Shown here: one piece after another, positions 52,157 through 62,950 of the stretch | Layout of the letters: the number at the start of each line of letters is the position of its first letter | Numbering within the stretch: position 1 is the first letter of the stretch | Virus record (IMG/VR): IMGVR_UViG_3300042197_001007 | Origin: a virus | Length of the DNA: 64,000 bases | Strand: one strand, 5' to 3' | Notes under the pieces: model-generated | What the model was told of the DNA's origin: nothing | The model's database searches: none | Seen by the model: the letters and a program-made list of their open reading frames with translations, nothing else | Position numbers and translations under genes: made by a program

Positions 52157-53602
52157 TCACATTAGGTTAGCAACACGTACTCTTCTGTAGTACTGGTTGC
52201 GGTTTGCGGTTAGAGCTTCAGCATCTGGAGTGCCATTCGACTGAACGACGAATGGGTTAGCAACCATACCGTAACGGGTCTTGAAGCCAATCTTTGGCTG
52301 GAAGGTGTCAGGGTCAATGCTGCGTAGCATCTGGAGGGGAACATATGGGCAGTAGAATAGTCCTGCGTCATATGGAGAAGAACCCTTGTAACCAACAACA
52401 TAGTAGTGAGTGTTGGAAACGTTTGCCGAATAAGGATCAACGTAGACCTTAATTCTGCCGTTCATGGTTCCGACAAGGAGGTTACCGGTGTCATCTACTT
52501 CACCGATCTGAGGACCACCAGCTCCGGATAGACCAGAGGTATAGTCAAGAGTTCCGCTCATTGCGAGAGCAGAAGCAACGTCAGCAGAAGTGATGATGAA
52601 GTTGCCCTTTCCTCTACGAGTTTGCTGAGCAATAGCGTTAGCATCGCGCTCAACTTGGAACATAAGACCCTTGAACTTCTCAACTGACCAACGACCATTG
52701 CTGTCAACGTCAAGGTCAAATACGCCTGCGTTAGCAACATTGTTCTGAGCACCGCTCTTAGCAATGGTGTATACAGTACGTACAACCTCACGGTTGATTT
52801 CAGCAAGGATCTCGCTGGAGAGAAGGTTAGCAAGCTCTTGCTCAGCGTCAAGACCATGGATTGCCTTAAGGTCTTGTGCTAGCTCAAGAGTGTACTCTGC
52901 CTTGAGTGCTCTGGTCTTAGCAGTAACGGCAGTCTTCTCGATGCTGAAGGTCATCTCGTTGAAGAGAGTTGCTCCAGAACCAAGAGTTTCAGCAACGTTA
53001 CGAGCCATAGCAGTTGTGCCACGCTCATAGTTACCAGCAGTTGTACCACCACCAGTTGTATCGTTTAGAAGACCTGGGTTAGCATCGGTAGTACCACCGT
53101 CGCCAAGAGGATATACGTCATCGGTTCCGAGTGGATCGTTGTCGTAATCAGCAGGACCTCTTGAAGAAGCAGAGAAGTTGCTATCTGGCTCGTTGTAGAG
53201 AGCTTCACGACCAGCACGGAGGCTAGCGTCGTTCTCAGCCTGATAGTGTGACTTCATTGCGAAGATTAGTCCAGTAGGACCGGTCATTGGTTGAACACCG
53301 CAGATGTCATAAGCAACGAGGTTAGGCATTGCTCTGCGGATTAGGGAGATCATGACAGGATCGAAACCTGCGAGACCACCAGTTTTGGTGTCGAGACCTG
53401 AACCTGAAAGTGCGTTGGTTCCAATGGCACCAGCACTGTTGATGGTTTCAGTCATCATACCACGCTCTTCGCGTAGTGACTTTTCTGTGTTTTCTAAGAG
53501 AACAGCGGTAACAGCCTTTCTATAGTTGTCTTTGATGGCACCAGCGCCTTCGTGACCTAGAACAGGTGACCACTTTTCTGTTAGAGCTTTAGCGTTAAAC
53601 AT
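52157..53602 (-). CDS. gp23: major capsid protein
   Basis: GVQPMTGPTGLIFAM, LKAEYTLELAQDLKAIHGLDAE, FQPKIGFKTRYG. Confidence 0.98.
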   Translation of the reverse strand: MFNAKALTEKWSPVLGHEGAGAIKDNYRKAVTAVLLENTEKSLREERGMMTETINSAGAIGTNALSGSGLDTKTGGLAGFDPVMISLIRRAMPNLVAYDICGVQPMTGPTGLIFAMKSHYQAENDASLRAGREALYNEPDSNFSASSRGPADYDNDPLGTDDVYPLGDGGTTDANPGLLNDTTGGGTTAGNYERGTTAMARNVAETLGSGATLFNEMTFSIEKTAVTAKTRALKAEYTLELAQDLKAIHGLDAEQELANLLSSEILAEINREVVRTVYTIAKSGAQNNVANAGVFDLDVDSNGRWSVEKFKGLMFQVERDANAIAQQTRRGKGNFIITSADVASALAMSGTLDYTSGLSGAGGPQIGEVDDTGNLLVGTMNGRIKVYVDPYSANVSNTHYYVVGYKGSSPYDAGLFYCPYVPLQMLRSIDPDTFQPKIGFKTRYGMVANPFVVQSNGTPDAEALTANRNQYYRRVRVANLM

Positions 53603-53635
53603 TTGTTTGCTCCGGAAAGAAATTTGGATTTATTA

Positions 53636-54793
53636 TTATGACCAGCGGTTAAGTGCTTGGAGATATGCTGCCATTACTGGAGTTACCTCTTGACCTTCTA
53701 CTGGGGTTTCGTCAGCAGCATCACTAGGAATTGTGATTGTTTCTTTGAAATATGACTCCTTGATAGTCTTCACTTTCTTGGAGAAATCTTCTTCTGAAAC
53801 AAATTCAATGCCCTCAGCAAGTGCGGCGAGTTTTTCCTTCTGAGTGTCTGCGAGACCTTCTGACACAACGGACAGAATATTGATTTTGGCAGCCTCATTC
53901 AGGCGGTTTTGTAATTTCACGTTCGCCTTAACCTGTTCGTCCAGGCGCTCTTCCATCTCACGAATCTGATCAACCATACCTTCTACTACTTCAACTTTTT
54001 CATCAGGAATAGAGATATAGTGCTCTTCAAAGAGATTCTTAAGACCTGCGATGAAGTCTTCAGTAATCTCATTTCTGATACCACGGTCAATGGCGACTTG
54101 GTTCTCTTCCATCCACTGACCAATGGCGTAGTTCACAGTGCCGTTAACTTCTTCAGATAGTTCTGCTTTGGCAGTCTCTACCTGCTTGTCAAGTTCGTTA
54201 GCAAAGTGCTCTACAAGTCTGTCGTACTCTTCAGAAATTTTTGCCTTTACAGCAGCTTCAAAGATTGTCTTTGCTTTATCGGCAAACTCTTCTGAGAGTT
54301 CTGTTCCCTCAAGGAGGGCATTGATATCATCGGAAACATCAAGATCTTCAAATGAAGGCTTGATTGGGTAAGTAACTGCTCCACCCATCTTAGTTCCATA
54401 GGCAACCTCAACACCAACGGTTGGTTGAGTTCCTTGATCACCAGCATCTTTCTTAGAAGAAAGTTGAGGATCACCTGAAATCTGAGAGATAGGCGCTGCT
54501 GCTTTTGCTCCAGGATTTTCTTCACCATCTTCATTATCGCTATGAAGTGGACCAGAAGAAGAACCGCCAAGATCAGTTGCTGCCTTTTGACCAGGAGCTA
54601 CTGATGGTTGAACGGTTGGCATAGGATCCTTTCCGCCAGCTTTAGCAGTCTGTGCGTCAGAAACCTGAGAAGGATCGCTGCCAGCACCAGGGATCACAGA
54701 CGCGGAAACTGTTGGCATTGGATCGCCAGCTTCCAAAATGATATCTTGCTTAGCAACAAACTCCTCAAACTTTTCGTTTAGCATATCTGACAT
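53636..54793 (-). CDS. gp22: prohead core scaffold
   Basis: LSEEF..KA.TIFEAAV, coiled-coil, M..YL..L. Confidence 0.92.
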   Translation of the reverse strand: MSDMLNEKFEEFVAKQDIILEAGDPMPTVSASVIPGAGSDPSQVSDAQTAKAGGKDPMPTVQPSVAPGQKAATDLGGSSSGPLHSDNEDGEENPGAKAAAPISQISGDPQLSSKKDAGDQGTQPTVGVEVAYGTKMGGAVTYPIKPSFEDLDVSDDINALLEGTELSEEFADKAKTIFEAAVKAKISEEYDRLVEHFANELDKQVETAKAELSEEVNGTVNYAIGQWMEENQVAIDRGIRNEITEDFIAGLKNLFEEHYISIPDEKVEVVEGMVDQIREMEERLDEQVKANVKLQNRLNEAAKINILSVVSEGLADTQKEKLAALAEGIEFVSEEDFSKKVKTIKESYFKETITIPSDAADETPVEGQEVTPVMAAYLQALNRWS

Positions 54794-54845
54794 TTGAGTT
54801 TACCCCTTTAATTTCCTTATGATTAATCTAAAATTATTTATTAAT

Positions 54846-55490
54846 TCAAATATTTGAGAGAAAGTCTTCAAACACTTTGAGGACCTTCTCTTCTAATTTG
54901 CGGCTTGATGCCTCATCAATATATTTACGATATTTATCAAGTTTCGCTTCTTTTAAAATACCGTTTTCCCAAATCCATTCTTTTCCTTCCATGATGCCAT
55001 TGACAAAAGCATCTGGTGCTGAAGGATCTGCTACAATATCAGCAGCAGTAGTTAGCATGAAGTCGTCGCGGACAATCGCAATATCTTCTCTCTTATCAAT
55101 GCTTCCCATACCACGAGAAGAAACTCCAAGTTGAACTCCTTCTTCTAAGAGTGATCTTGCGATCCTTCCCATTGGAGTATCAAGAATTTGTGCCTTACCG
55201 TAGAAGTTGTGACCTTCTGCTCTCAATTCTGTAATTCTATGAGATACTCTATCTAAGTTTACAGTTGGTCCATCTGGGTGACCAAGTTCTCCAAGAGCTC
55301 TCTTAGTTTTTACATATTCTTCAGTATATCTTTCAACTTCTCTATTGAGAATGTCAAAAGGATACATACGACCATTACGGTTCTTTAGTTCAGATTGAAG
55401 AAAAACTCCCTCAATATACAGGAGTTTTTTTCCATCTTTCTCTTCTGTGAGAACTTTTACGTCCTCAATCTGTTCCGTTATCAGTTTCAT
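54846..55490 (-). CDS. gp21: prohead protease
   Basis: KNRNGR.Y, GELGHP, GVSSRGMGS, DPSAPDA. Confidence 0.96.
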   Translation of the reverse strand: MKLITEQIEDVKVLTEEKDGKKLLYIEGVFLQSELKNRNGRMYPFDILNREVERYTEEYVKTKRALGELGHPDGPTVNLDRVSHRITELRAEGHNFYGKAQILDTPMGRIARSLLEEGVQLGVSSRGMGSIDKREDIAIVRDDFMLTTAADIVADPSAPDAFVNGIMEGKEWIWENGILKEAKLDKYRKYIDEASSRKLEEKVLKVFEDFLSNI

Positions 55491-55686
55491 CTGTAGTTTC
55501 TTTGGTAGGTTCTTCGGTAGGTTCATCAAAAAATGTATCTGCTACAATCTGCTTATACTGTGCCATCGCATCAGATGCTCTGGCAAAAAGCAAATCGTGA
55601 ATAGCATCAATTGCTGATGCCCTATCACTGTCGTTGATTTTGTTTACAATATCAACCACACCAGTTTCTTGATTATTTTCAGACAT
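55465..55686 (-). CDS. small prohead core protein (gp67/68 position)
   Basis: 73-aa acidic ORF between portal and protease. Confidence 0.65.
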   Translation of the reverse strand: MSENNQETGVVDIVNKINDSDRASAIDAIHDLLFARASDAMAQYKQIVADTFFDEPTEEPTKETTDETDNGTD

Positions 55687-55706
55687 GATATTAAGACAAT
55701 ATATGT

Positions 55707-57410
55707 CTATTTATTGTTTTCTGATGTTTTCGGTTGTGCTTTCGCTCTTTCCATCTCTCTTTCCATATTGGCATCCGCAGCTTCTTGTTCTCTGGCAGCA
55801 CTATCATCTGCTTGAATACCTTGTAATTCTGGACCAAACGCAGTGTTTTGTTGCTGCATTGTATCCATCATATTTGTCTGGACTGGATCAACAGCAAGAC
55901 CAGATGCGATCTCTCCCTTTATCTGCTTATCAATTTCCTTGAATTCTTTTTCAGTTTGATTGAGAATATTCTTACGAATGTATTCAACAGAGAAATACTT
56001 ACCAGCAAAAGGATCCATCTGTGTAACAATAGCAACACGCTGGTTCATCATTTCAATTTGCTTTAGTTCATTGAAATGATTATCAAACAAGAAGTCATAT
56101 TGAATATGCTCCTTCATGTCATCCCAATCTTCTGGTGAGATTACACCTTTAAGAATTAATTGGGTCTTGAGAATATCTTGGAATAGTTCGCTGAAACGCT
56201 TGCGGAGACGACCGATAAACTTAGCAAACTTGAGTTCATCCCTGAGAACCTCTGTGGTCTTACCAAGATTAAACCCCTTGTTGTCATCCGTAAGGCGGGA
56301 AGGTGGTAGGTTGAGTGAGTTGTAAAGTTTCTTTTTGAAATACTCAACATCCTTGAGCTCACCAAGGTTTTGACCGCCAGGGAGTGTAGTGATCTCAGTT
56401 CCTCTGCCACCTTCACGACGAGGTAACCAGAAGTCCTCAAGCATTGACATATGCTTTTTATCATCGCGCATCTCTCCAGTGTTAGCATCATAAACAAGCT
56501 TATTTCTGTAACGAGACATTACATCACGAAGGTATTGCTCTGCTTTTACCTTTGGAAGATTGCCTACATCAATGTAAAAAATTCTACGTTCTGGTGCGCG
56601 TGACAATCTGTAGATTACCAAACTATCTTCAATCATTCTGAGTTGATTGAGAGATTTGATTGCTTTATGAAGGAAGCTCAACACCATTCTTTTGTTAAGA
56701 TCCTGAAGTCCAGATGTAACAAAAGTAATCGCATCAGTTGAGATCTTAACTCCTTGTGAAAGAGACATATCTCCAATTGGTCCAAGAACACCGCCTTGAT
56801 AAAAACCCTTTGGATTGAAGAGATAATAATCAACAAATGTGCCATACTCATATTCAAGTGCTGTTCCTTTTATCGCAGCACGAGTAAGACTATCTTTTGC
56901 TTTGTTGTCTAATTTTTGGCGAACTTTTTTGATCTTCAGTGGATCAATGTAGCGAAGTTCTAAAATTCCTTTTTTAGGATTGTCTAAATCTATAACTTTA
57001 TGATAAAATAAACGACCATCAATATACCAATTACGCACAATCTCATGTGCTCTATTGTCAAAATTTAGAAGTTTTTTGATGTGATCAAATTCATTTCTGA
57101 TCTTATTCTTTACACCAGAACCAACTTCTAAATTATCAAGATTGATTTCTACTGGACTGTCGTGAGCATCACTGACAACAAACTCATTCACAACTTCATC
57201 AACGGCACTATCAACTTCTGGATGAAGAGCCATATCACGATATCTATGAATGAGATCATACTCGTTACGAGCAGAATGATCTGTATCTACATATGTTCCG
57301 AAATAACCACCAGCAGCAACGGCGATGGGTTCGTCAGCAGAAGGAGGCACAGGGGACTGACCCTTCTGTGCCTCCTTGCGATTAATTTGGAAGCCAAATA
57401 GTTGACTCAT
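55707..57410 (-). CDS. gp20: portal protein
   Basis: YRLSRAPERRIFYIDVGNLPK, EDFWLPRREGGRGTEI. Confidence 0.98.
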   Translation of the reverse strand: MSQLFGFQINRKEAQKGQSPVPPSADEPIAVAAGGYFGTYVDTDHSARNEYDLIHRYRDMALHPEVDSAVDEVVNEFVVSDAHDSPVEINLDNLEVGSGVKNKIRNEFDHIKKLLNFDNRAHEIVRNWYIDGRLFYHKVIDLDNPKKGILELRYIDPLKIKKVRQKLDNKAKDSLTRAAIKGTALEYEYGTFVDYYLFNPKGFYQGGVLGPIGDMSLSQGVKISTDAITFVTSGLQDLNKRMVLSFLHKAIKSLNQLRMIEDSLVIYRLSRAPERRIFYIDVGNLPKVKAEQYLRDVMSRYRNKLVYDANTGEMRDDKKHMSMLEDFWLPRREGGRGTEITTLPGGQNLGELKDVEYFKKKLYNSLNLPPSRLTDDNKGFNLGKTTEVLRDELKFAKFIGRLRKRFSELFQDILKTQLILKGVISPEDWDDMKEHIQYDFLFDNHFNELKQIEMMNQRVAIVTQMDPFAGKYFSVEYIRKNILNQTEKEFKEIDKQIKGEIASGLAVDPVQTNMMDTMQQQNTAFGPELQGIQADDSAAREQEAADANMEREMERAKAQPKTSENNK

Positions 57411-57445
57411 AATTACTTATTCAACTCTGTTAGTCAAACTATTTA

Positions 57446-58033
57446 TCAGACTACTGGAAGCGCGGAAACTCCCTGTCTTGTTCCTGGTTGAGCAGTGAAG
57501 TACGAATACTGCCACTCAACGGTGAATTCTTCAATCTGATCATTGCTATCATAAGCAATGTCAATTTGAGAAACGTTGGTTGGGAAGCAATACTTGAGAG
57601 TATATGATCTGAGAATAGCTCCCTCTTCGCTGGCATCTTTTTCCAGTTGCTTGACAGAAAGATCTGCCATGTAACCAGTAGAGTTGTTAGGAACGAAAAG
57701 TGGTGCTGTGTTTGCTTCGTGTGTATTGATGCTGTTTGCCCACTGCTCAAAGAACGAACGGAGTTTGAAATCCTTATCGTTGAAGAATGTGGTAGTCCAA
57801 GTATCAAAGGTGCGATCACCTGCGATCTTAACTGTTCTTCCACGGAAAGGAACTTCGATAACACCCAAGTTTGAACCTGGGAGTGCCGCTGACTTACAAA
57901 GTAGATTTGTAAGATTTTGATCTTCGGTTTGCTTTGAAAGTGTAGCAGGGAACTGAACGTCGATCAGGAACATATTGGGCTTTACGCCCTGACCGATAGT
58001 TTGTAGAAACTGACTTACGTTTGATAATGCCAT
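57446..58033 (-). CDS. gp19: tail tube protein
   Basis: LCKSAALP.S..G.IEVPFRGR..KIAGDRTF..W, EEFTVEW.Y. Confidence 0.95.
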   Translation of the reverse strand: MALSNVSQFLQTIGQGVKPNMFLIDVQFPATLSKQTEDQNLTNLLCKSAALPGSNLGVIEVPFRGRTVKIAGDRTFDTWTTTFFNDKDFKLRSFFEQWANSINTHEANTAPLFVPNNSTGYMADLSVKQLEKDASEEGAILRSYTLKYCFPTNVSQIDIAYDSNDQIEEFTVEWQYSYFTAQPGTRQGVSALPVV

Positions 58034-58071
58034 TAGTGGTTACCTCTGTGATGTTTATGTTCTATTACTAA

Positions 58072-60255
58072 TTATCTACCAATTACTTCCGAGAAGGAAA
58101 CGCCCGTTCTGGTAGCAGTTACTGTCACAGTAACATAATTGATTGAGCGGGTTGGCTTGAGGTAGAGTTCAGCAACAAACTCATTTCTATCAATGACTTC
58201 TGGAGTATTGTTTGTTTCGTCACAAACAACGAGGAAGTCAGTTACACCTCTACGTGCTTGAACTTCTGACAAGTAAGAAGAAATTGAAGCAGTGAAGTTA
58301 CTACGGGTTGTGCTATCGTTTTGCTCAAAGAGTACTCCTTCAGCAAGACCCTTAACTCTCTTCTCAACATTGAGGAATAGACGACGAACGTTAATTCTGT
58401 CAAATGCTGATGGCGAAGCGAGAGCAGTCTTATCTCCAAAGAGAACAGGACCAGAACCAGGAAGTGAAACGATTGGGTTAATTCTATTGCTGTAAAGATC
58501 GTCTCTTTGTGCCTTGTTAGGATTGAAAGCAAGCTTTACAACATTCTGAATTCCACCGCGATTTAGACCAGCTGGTGAATACCAGTCATCTAAAATTGCT
58601 GAAGTTGAAACACAAACACCAGCAACATCGCCATTACAACCGATGTAACGATACTTGTCGTTGAAACGATCGTAGGTATACTTGACGCCACTATCAAAAA
58701 CAACATATGAGCTAGAAGCAATGTTGTCAAAGAATGCGATTGTATTTGAAAGTTGTGTTGCTGGAGTAATCGCAGCACCACCAGAAGTAGCTACCTGATT
58801 ACCAACATATGGCGAGAGGAAAGCAACACAATCCTTTCTGCTATTTGCGATAGCAGCAACTGCTTGTGCCTTAGCAATGGTATCAGTTTCGTTGCTCATT
58901 GAACCACCCATTAGAACAAAGTCAATCTGGGTTTCTTCTGTATCAAGGAAAGCATCGTATGCTGCTTGAATTTCTCCGGAACTGTATGCGTAATCATCAA
59001 GACCACCCGATAGAGTTCCACCAGCAGTTTGAAGAATTCTTGATAGTTCTTTTGGAGCACCAGAAGTTGCTGCGTATGAAGCAGCAGTTCCACCAGGATT
59101 TTCACCAGCAGTTGTGATCTCAGCAGAAGTTAATTCTTGACCAGCATAAATGTAGTTTGAAAACTCATTGATTGCTGACTTCCAGTATGTTGAATTTCCT
59201 TCTGGTGACTTAGCATCAGAGATCTTTGAAAGATATGTGAAACGCTCAACAACTGTGTTGTCTCTCTCATCAATTACAGCAACATGAACTTCGTCATATG
59301 AAATATAACGCTCTGCTGCCCAAGGTGAAGTGCCAGGACGAGGACCGATTGCCTTGAATGCTAAACCTGTAGATCCAATTACTTCAGCATTCCAATCAGA
59401 ATTGGTATATGCTGAAACTGTAGATGCTACGGTAACAACTGTAGCAGCATCAAATGTTAGATCGTTTGCTGGAGAAGCTCCACCCAAAGCGGTTCCAAGA
59501 ATTGTGAAAGTGTCTCCAACAGCATATCCAGATCCACCACCAGATACGGTAACAGTGTATGCTGTAGCAGAACGAGAGATATTAAATGTTGCTCCAGTTC
59601 CAGCAGCACTATCGGTTGTATAAGCAACGTTGGTATAAGAAGCAGATCCAGCAGCAGCAGTTCCATTAACCGAATTGGTTGTTAGAATTTTTCCTGTTGG
59701 AATTGATGTTGGTACTGCGCTTCCTTTTACGATAGTGAAGTTATTAGCATCAACAACATCATAGACTTCGTGAGCAACACCAGCGTTATCTGTAAAAGTG
59801 CCACCAACTGAAAGACCGTGACTTACTTTTGCTACCTTGTAATCGGCACCGCGATCAAGGATAACTACACGATAGTAATTCCCTTCGGTTCCCGCATAGC
59901 GAGCAAGGAATTTTTCTGTTGTAACACCAGCATCAAATGCGTCTTTGTCGGAAACAAGAACACCTGTGCCACTCTTGGTTGCGTTCTTTACGGTTGTTGC
60001 TGCGCGAAGAACAGCAAGCTGTCCTCCATAGCGTAGAAACTCTGCTGCGACCAACCAATCGGAAGCATTAGCCTCGTCTGGTGTTCCGAAAGTATCAATT
60101 AGTTCTCTTTCTGAATTTACGTTAATTACTTTGCCTACTGGTCCAGTGCGGAATGTTGAAGCAAAAGCAGCACGGATAGCGAGTGCTCCTGTAACAACGG
60201 CATTGGATAAATCACGCTCTTTAATAACAACACCAGGCGAGACTTGACTTGCCAT
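58072..60255 (-). CDS. gp18: tail sheath protein with an inserted surface module
   Basis: SPGV...E.D, WYSPAG.NRG, FDRINVRRLF, KPTRSINY. Confidence 0.96.
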   Translation of the reverse strand: MASQVSPGVVIKERDLSNAVVTGALAIRAAFASTFRTGPVGKVINVNSERELIDTFGTPDEANASDWLVAAEFLRYGGQLAVLRAATTVKNATKSGTGVLVSDKDAFDAGVTTEKFLARYAGTEGNYYRVVILDRGADYKVAKVSHGLSVGGTFTDNAGVAHEVYDVVDANNFTIVKGSAVPTSIPTGKILTTNSVNGTAAAGSASYTNVAYTTDSAAGTGATFNISRSATAYTVTVSGGGSGYAVGDTFTILGTALGGASPANDLTFDAATVVTVASTVSAYTNSDWNAEVIGSTGLAFKAIGPRPGTSPWAAERYISYDEVHVAVIDERDNTVVERFTYLSKISDAKSPEGNSTYWKSAINEFSNYIYAGQELTSAEITTAGENPGGTAASYAATSGAPKELSRILQTAGGTLSGGLDDYAYSSGEIQAAYDAFLDTEETQIDFVLMGGSMSNETDTIAKAQAVAAIANSRKDCVAFLSPYVGNQVATSGGAAITPATQLSNTIAFFDNIASSSYVVFDSGVKYTYDRFNDKYRYIGCNGDVAGVCVSTSAILDDWYSPAGLNRGGIQNVVKLAFNPNKAQRDDLYSNRINPIVSLPGSGPVLFGDKTALASPSAFDRINVRRLFLNVEKRVKGLAEGVLFEQNDSTTRSNFTASISSYLSEVQARRGVTDFLVVCDETNNTPEVIDRNEFVAELYLKPTRSINYVTVTVTATRTGVSFSEVIGR

Positions 60256-60334
60256 TTTTTTACCTCTTAGATATCAAATTTATCTAAAAGTATTTAGAAA
60301 TTTGATTACTTCAAATGGGGAAACCGCGCATGAA

Positions 60335-60571
60335 CTACCAGTCAGGATATGCCCACAAAGTTTTCTCAGCTTTTTTAGCATTGGATACCCGTTTTTTGGT
60401 ACATTCCTTACACTCATATGAGTATGCCGATGGGAATATTTTCTTGTGCTTCCTGATCAAATAATACCCATCTATTAAGTCTTTTGTCTGCCCACAAACT
60501 CGGCAAGTTCTTTCTACAAATAATAAGTGTTCTAATGAAAACTGTTCATCTAATTCCATTAGTAATTCCAC
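60335..60571 (-). CDS. small zinc-finger protein (78 aa)
   Basis: CRVC...YSYECKEC. Confidence 0.7.
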   Translation of the reverse strand: MELLMELDEQFSLEHLLFVERTCRVCGQTKDLIDGYYLIRKHKKIFPSAYSYECKECTKKRVSNAKKAEKTLWAYPDW

Positions 60572-62211
60572 ATGTAACTGACTTGTTCTTGAGTATTACC
60601 ATACTCCCATAGAGTTCCATCAGCATCAACGAATGTATTATCTCCCAATCCATCGTCAATAAATCCGAAAGGTGCCATGTCCTGTTCAATTTGATTTCTT
60701 TGTTCTTCATAGATACGACGACGAACATCTTGGTCTGTCATCTCTTTGAAGTATTCCTGCATGACCAACCACGCAAAAAGAACCAGACACATCACAAGGT
60801 CATCATGATATCCTTCGTCTGCTTCCCATGCCATCTTCTTCTGGATGAATGTAGTGAGCTCTTGTAGGATCTCAAAATCACCAAACATTAATTTATCTTC
60901 TTCAATAATTGCTTTGAGATTGGCGCAACCCAATTTCTTAACTGTCACACTCATCTTCACACCAAGTTGAGTTTTGGTTCCAGAGAAACCAGTTCCAACA
61001 ATTTGCCCTGCCCTACCTCTCATGGCACACATCAGAACATTGGGATACTCTAAATCGTAGTTCAATGTAGCAGCAATACTATCACCAATATCGTTAACTT
61101 CTACTAAGATATATGGTAAATTGTATTCCTTCGCTACTTGTAAGATTACCGAGGGAAACAGTACAGGTTTAATCTCATTATTTCTGTACTTTGCCACGAT
61201 CTTATACGGCAATGTGGTGATATCAAACACGACAAAAGCACTGTAGTCGCCACCAATTCCTCTGGCAACATCAACAGTAATAATGTATTCGTGATCTTTT
61301 TGTACTCTTTCGTGAATATCAAGTCCTGCATTGGATGTAATTGGGTCAGAAAATGGTATGTTTTGAAGCTTGGATGGACTGATAAGCGTATCAGCAGAAC
61401 CAAGGAAATCACATTCAAACTCTTGTGCGAACTGTCTGGCAGATGTATTCTTGAGTGTCTCTTCTTTCCATTTAGCATCTCTACCAGGAACTTGAGACCA
61501 ATGAACCTCATTCATTACATAACCATTCTTTCCGTTCTTAGCATCCATCCACATCTTGTAGAAGTGGTTCATGCCATTCGGCGTTGAAATGATTATGACT
61601 TTTGTGCTCTTACCAGAAGTAATAGTAGGATAAACAGAGGCAAAGAATTGCTCCGCAACATGGTTTGGAACGAAAGCGAATTCGTCGAGGAACAAGATAT
61701 TAAAAGACATGCCTCGGACAGCAGACGCAGATGTAGAAGATGCCAGAATTTTTGATCCATTTTCAAGTTCGACATTACCTTTGTTCCAAACAACTACACC
61801 GTGCTGCATCCACTTTGGTAAGTTCTCATAAGCAAGTTGAAGTCTGCTTAAGAGTTCCCTTGATGTGGAAGCCTTGTTAGCCAGAATGCCAATATTAACG
61901 CTATCAAAGAATATTGCGTAATAAAGCAGATAAGCAACAACCGTAGTGGATTTTCCGGTTTGTCTTGGGAGTTTTGCGATGCTAAATCTGTTTTTATGGA
62001 AGTCTCTTAAAATCTTCTTTTGAAAATCATACATCTCAAATGGCACCAAGCCTTCATCAAGAGAGATAATCTTAATATAGTTCTCAGCAAAATAGACTGG
62101 ATCATTTTTACACTTGATCCATTCATTGATTTGTTTCTTGGTGAAGTTAATGGGAGTTCCTACTTTCTTTAAGTTAGGATTACCCAAATAGACATCATTA
62201 CCAGCTGCCAC
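60559..62211 (-). CDS. gp17: terminase large subunit
   Basis: RQTGKST, FLDEFAF, STPNG, DVARG, HDDLVM. Confidence 0.97.
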   Translation of the reverse strand: MAAGNDVYLGNPNLKKVGTPINFTKKQINEWIKCKNDPVYFAENYIKIISLDEGLVPFEMYDFQKKILRDFHKNRFSIAKLPRQTGKSTTVVAYLLYYAIFFDSVNIGILANKASTSRELLSRLQLAYENLPKWMQHGVVVWNKGNVELENGSKILASSTSASAVRGMSFNILFLDEFAFVPNHVAEQFFASVYPTITSGKSTKVIIISTPNGMNHFYKMWMDAKNGKNGYVMNEVHWSQVPGRDAKWKEETLKNTSARQFAQEFECDFLGSADTLISPSKLQNIPFSDPITSNAGLDIHERVQKDHEYIITVDVARGIGGDYSAFVVFDITTLPYKIVAKYRNNEIKPVLFPSVILQVAKEYNLPYILVEVNDIGDSIAATLNYDLEYPNVLMCAMRGRAGQIVGTGFSGTKTQLGVKMSVTVKKLGCANLKAIIEEDKLMFGDFEILQELTTFIQKKMAWEADEGYHDDLVMCLVLFAWLVMQEYFKEMTDQDVRRRIYEEQRNQIEQDMAPFGFIDDGLGDNTFVDADGTLWEYGNTQEQVSYMWNY

Positions 62212-62237
62212 AATAAATCACAGTCACTACTTGATAT

Positions 62238-62450
62238 TTATGGATGGTCTTCGTCAAGTTCCTTCAATCTCTTCTCCCATGTAACGCCACCTTCTTTACC
62301 ACGGCAGGGATTAATACAAGTATCATCACCAAGTTTATTACATACTAACCCCGCCAGGTCAAGTTCGTTGCCTGGCTTGTTTGTTCCCGTCCAGTAGTGC
62401 TGATCATTGATCCAATTAGCACCACACTTAGGGCAGGTCTTCGTGTTCAT
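62238..62450 (-). CDS. Cys-rich hypothetical protein (70 aa)
   Basis: CPKC...W...DLAGLVCN....CINP. Confidence 0.7.
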   Translation of the reverse strand: MNTKTCPKCGANWINDQHYWTGTNKPGNELDLAGLVCNKLGDDTCINPCRGKEGGVTWEKRLKELDEDHP

Positions 62451-62658
62451 TTTCGTAATTTGCGAGGAACTTTTTGAAATCGGTTGTGTCTCTCACAAGT
62501 TGCCTCTTGAGTTTCCAACCCATCCATCTCATCTGAACTCTTACAAACGCATAGCGTAGTTGAAGATCAGCATAAGCAAAGAGTTTCATAGTTTCCTCAA
62601 TCCCAGCATATGCTACCAGGATCGCAAAAAACACAACAATGAAATAAGTCCCGTACAT
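62428..62658 (-). CDS. small membrane-anchored protein (76 aa)
   Basis: N-terminal TM helix; TATAAT at 62685-62680 and GAGAG SD. Confidence 0.7.
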   Translation of the reverse strand: MYGTYFIVVFFAILVAYAGIEETMKLFAYADLQLRYAFVRVQMRWMGWKLKRQLVRDTTDFKKFLANYENEHEDLP

Positions 62659-62754
62659 ATGTAACTCTCTGCTACATTCATTATAAGATATGTAGGAAAA
62701 AATAGTGTTACAATATGTTAAGATTTAATAAGAATAACTTTACACTTGTATAAA

Positions 62755-62877
62755 TTATTCTTCCTCTTTTTTTCTATGGATGTATTGAATACCAAGAATA
62801 GGAACTACGATAACTCCAAATCCGCATAATCCTAACCAGATTTGACTTTCTGCTAAATGTTCAATGAGGGTAAGCAT
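62755..62877 (-). CDS. 40-aa single-TM protein
   Basis: Hand translation MLTLIEHLAESQIWLGLCGFGVIVVPILGIQYIHRKKEEE. Confidence 0.6.
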   Translation of the reverse strand: MLTLIEHLAESQIWLGLCGFGVIVVPILGIQYIHRKKEEE

Positions 62878-62950
62878 TTGTAAGTCCCCAGTAAATGAAA
62901 AATGCTATAGCGGAAAAAAGCACTATAGCATTGAAGATTGTATTATTCAT
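62861..62950 (-). CDS. 29-aa single-TM protein
   Basis: Hand translation MNNTIFNAIVLFSAIAFFIYWGLTNAYPH. Confidence 0.55.
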   Translation of the reverse strand: MNNTIFNAIVLFSAIAFFIYWGLTNAYPH

